Below are positions 61,911 to 64,000 of a stretch of 64,000 bases of DNA, piece after piece. The stretch is from Zygnema circumcarinatum SAG 698-1b (Eukaryota > Plantae > Zygnematophyceae), in NCBI GenBank assembly GCA_037447605.1, contig CM074811.1:2418001-2482000 (forward strand), in the 5' to 3' direction. The notes beneath the pieces were generated by a model. The model worked only from the letters and a program-made list of their open reading frames with translations. It made no database searches and was not told the DNA's origin. The number at the start of each line of letters is the position of its first letter. The first letter of the stretch is position 1. The position numbers were made by a program, and so were the translations under genes.

Positions 61911-63067
61911 GGCTATGATTGCGCGCGAGGGAGGGAGAGAGGAGGGAGGGAGAGAGGAGGGAGGGAGGGAGGGAGGGAGGGAGGGAGAGTGTGTTGACCG
62001 CGCGCTTGGCGAACCGTTTTTTTTTTATCTATGATCCGATTCACAGTTCTGTTACTCGGTCGCTAAACTTCCACATGGATCCGCCTATTGGATGTTAGTG
62101 CTAAGTATCATGTCGGCCGTGGCGTGCCTTGATTGGACTAAATTGGTCAAAATGATTCCCTCCAGATAGGAGCCACCGACAAGCAAATTCGCACGCAGCA
62201 TTCCTGCGATTGGCGGATGCCGTGAAGATTTTTCGCCAGCTGGCGTTGACCGTTGCCTGTCGAATCCCGTTTAATGCATACAGTCAGCAATCCTCATATT
62301 TTCCACCCTGTACAAGTGCGTCCCCAAGAAATTCGCCCCGATTTTGCCGAAACCACCTTTCTGTACGGTAACTTTGTGTTAGCCGTACAATTTGTACAAT
62401 CCATACTACAGTAGCTGTACTAGCCGTACTAGCCGTACTAGTTGTACTAGCCGTTACGGGCTTACGCAAAACTAACACCGAATCTCCCCGCACGTGCCGC
62501 CGTAAGAGGCGCTCGCTCTTCTCCCCTTCTTCTTGGCTTCGATACGAACGCTACGATATGATACGATACGATACGACCCGATACGGTATTGTCCGTACTT
62601 AGCCGTTACGGTATGGTGTTACGATTTGGCTTGATACGATACGATGCTAAGCGATACAGTACGGTACGGTACACAACGGTACGGTACGAAACGTACGGTT
62701 CAACATGAACTCTAACATAATACCGCCCGTCTATTGGTAACACGAACCTTGTATTTGCAAAATCAAGATTTTCGCCTCATATTTGCCAAAACCATGGCGA
62801 AAATATGACTGCTGACTGGTATGGCTACGCGCCAAGGTCTGCAGGCGTCACGCCAAGAAACGACAAAGTGCGTGACGAGTCCTTCCAACAGCCAGGTCAT
62901 TCCGCGCGCCGCCAGCTCTGCTACTTTGGGATCTTGCGTACGGTTTCGTACGCAAGCCCCGGCCCGGCGGAACCGGCGGGCGGTCGTTGACGTGCTTGAC
63001 CCCCTCGCGGCCCCTCTCTCTGACCGCGCGGAGGCGCCGCCACGTGGTGCGCTCCGCTCGATCGGAA

Positions 63068-63147
63068 ATGCGAATCGGAATGTCGGTGTGGCGTACGGTA
63101 ACCGCGGCGGTCGCTTGCGTTCTTCTCGTGGCGAGGGCTGCTTGGAG
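63068..63147 (+). CDS. Possible first (signal-peptide) exon of an unidentified gene
   Basis: MRIGMSVWRTVTAAVACVLLVARAAW followed by a possible GT donor. A MITE and a gap follow, so no downstream exon is visible. Confidence 0.25.
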
Positions 63148-63362
63148 GTTTCGGCTGTGGGTGGAGCGTGGAACCGCACAGGAGTTGACCCGCCGCAGGG
63201 GAGGGAGGGCTGTCCGTGACGCCGGTCTGGCGGTCTCCCCTTTTCCCACCGCACGCCGCGGGTTGCGGCGGGCAATCCGACCCTCTCTCCGCCCGCCCGC
63301 CCGCCCGCCCGCCGGGGCGGCTGCTAGAAGCTACTGTAAAACACCGAACAGGTTGAGAAAAA

Positions 63363-63887
63363 GGGTAGTGCTATTTCCACCCCTTTTTTGGATCCAAACA
63401 CCCCTTCCCGGCCGGGCAGATTTCAAAAGGGATTAAAAACAGAAAATGCTTTTTTCACACATTTTTGGAATCGATACCCACCTTCATCCGTCGGCTGATA
63501 TTATTTTTGCTAACCAAGGAAATGGATACCCCGTCACCGCATTTTGAATACTGTATCCCGCCTCCCTGAATTTTTTTTTTGAGGGAAAGAAATATCGGCC
63601 TGCCCGAATCCGCTCGGAGCGGAAGATCCGTCCGCCACGAGATCGTTCGCGGGTGATCGTCCTTCACACTTGTGTGTTAATCGCAGCTGTCGATTCCCTC
63701 GCAGATCGCACCACTGCAGATCACCGTTCGATCGGCTGCCGGGCTCGATCTCAGCGAATGGAAAGCGCCCACGAGTCCCGCCAAAGCCGAATCGCACGTG
63801 CGAGTGCGCGCGTCCCTCGGCCCGAGATCTCGTCATTGTCAGCTCCCCGCCAATCAATAGCTGCCACGTGCTATTTTTTGACGTGGA
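63363..63887. mobile_element. Diverged partial copy of the GGGTAGTG foldback MITE family
   Basis: Colinear with 2666..~3190, with scattered substitutions; ends at the N-gap 63888..63897. Confidence 0.85.
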
Positions 63888-64000
63888 NNNNNNNNNNACA
63901 TGATTGGTCGCGGCAACATATGACGTGACAAGTATGTTTGGGACCGTGACGTGACGAAACGAGACGCGAAAAAAGTGGAGTCCGCGGACGGCAGTCGGAA

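Overview
This is a eukaryotic, intron-rich window (GT-AG introns, several 10-N assembly gaps). The gene set is streptophyte-type and gene-dense, most consistent with a charophyte alga or early-diverging plant; the taxon is inferred, not proven. I assembled these spliced genes by hand: an LRR/EGF-like/Pro-rich receptor-like kinase (+), CIA30/NDUFAF1 (-), double-domain peptidyl-Ser alpha-galactosyltransferase SGT1 (+), QCR6 (-), a GT29 sialyltransferase-like gene (-), MSRB1 (+), DDB2 (-), a SINE1/2-like ARM protein ending in a KASH-like tail (+), and two intact copies plus one fragment of a secreted trypsin-fold serine protease gene (-). Intergenic and intronic DNA holds nested hAT and foldback MITEs with verifiable target-site duplications (TSDs), a solo LTR, a gag-only retroelement remnant, a long inverted repeat and two minisatellites. 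The most striking observation is that the protease genes look chimeric: a signal-peptide exon and an LRR N-terminal-cap exon, in the same intron phases as the LRR-RLK in this window, are spliced onto an intronless, bacterial V8/Mpr-like S1 protease exon. The RLK itself shows recent tandem birth of 72-nt LRR exons that vary at the ligand-contact positions, plus one dead LRR exon. Exon boundaries were read manually and may be off by a few bases. No database searches were run.
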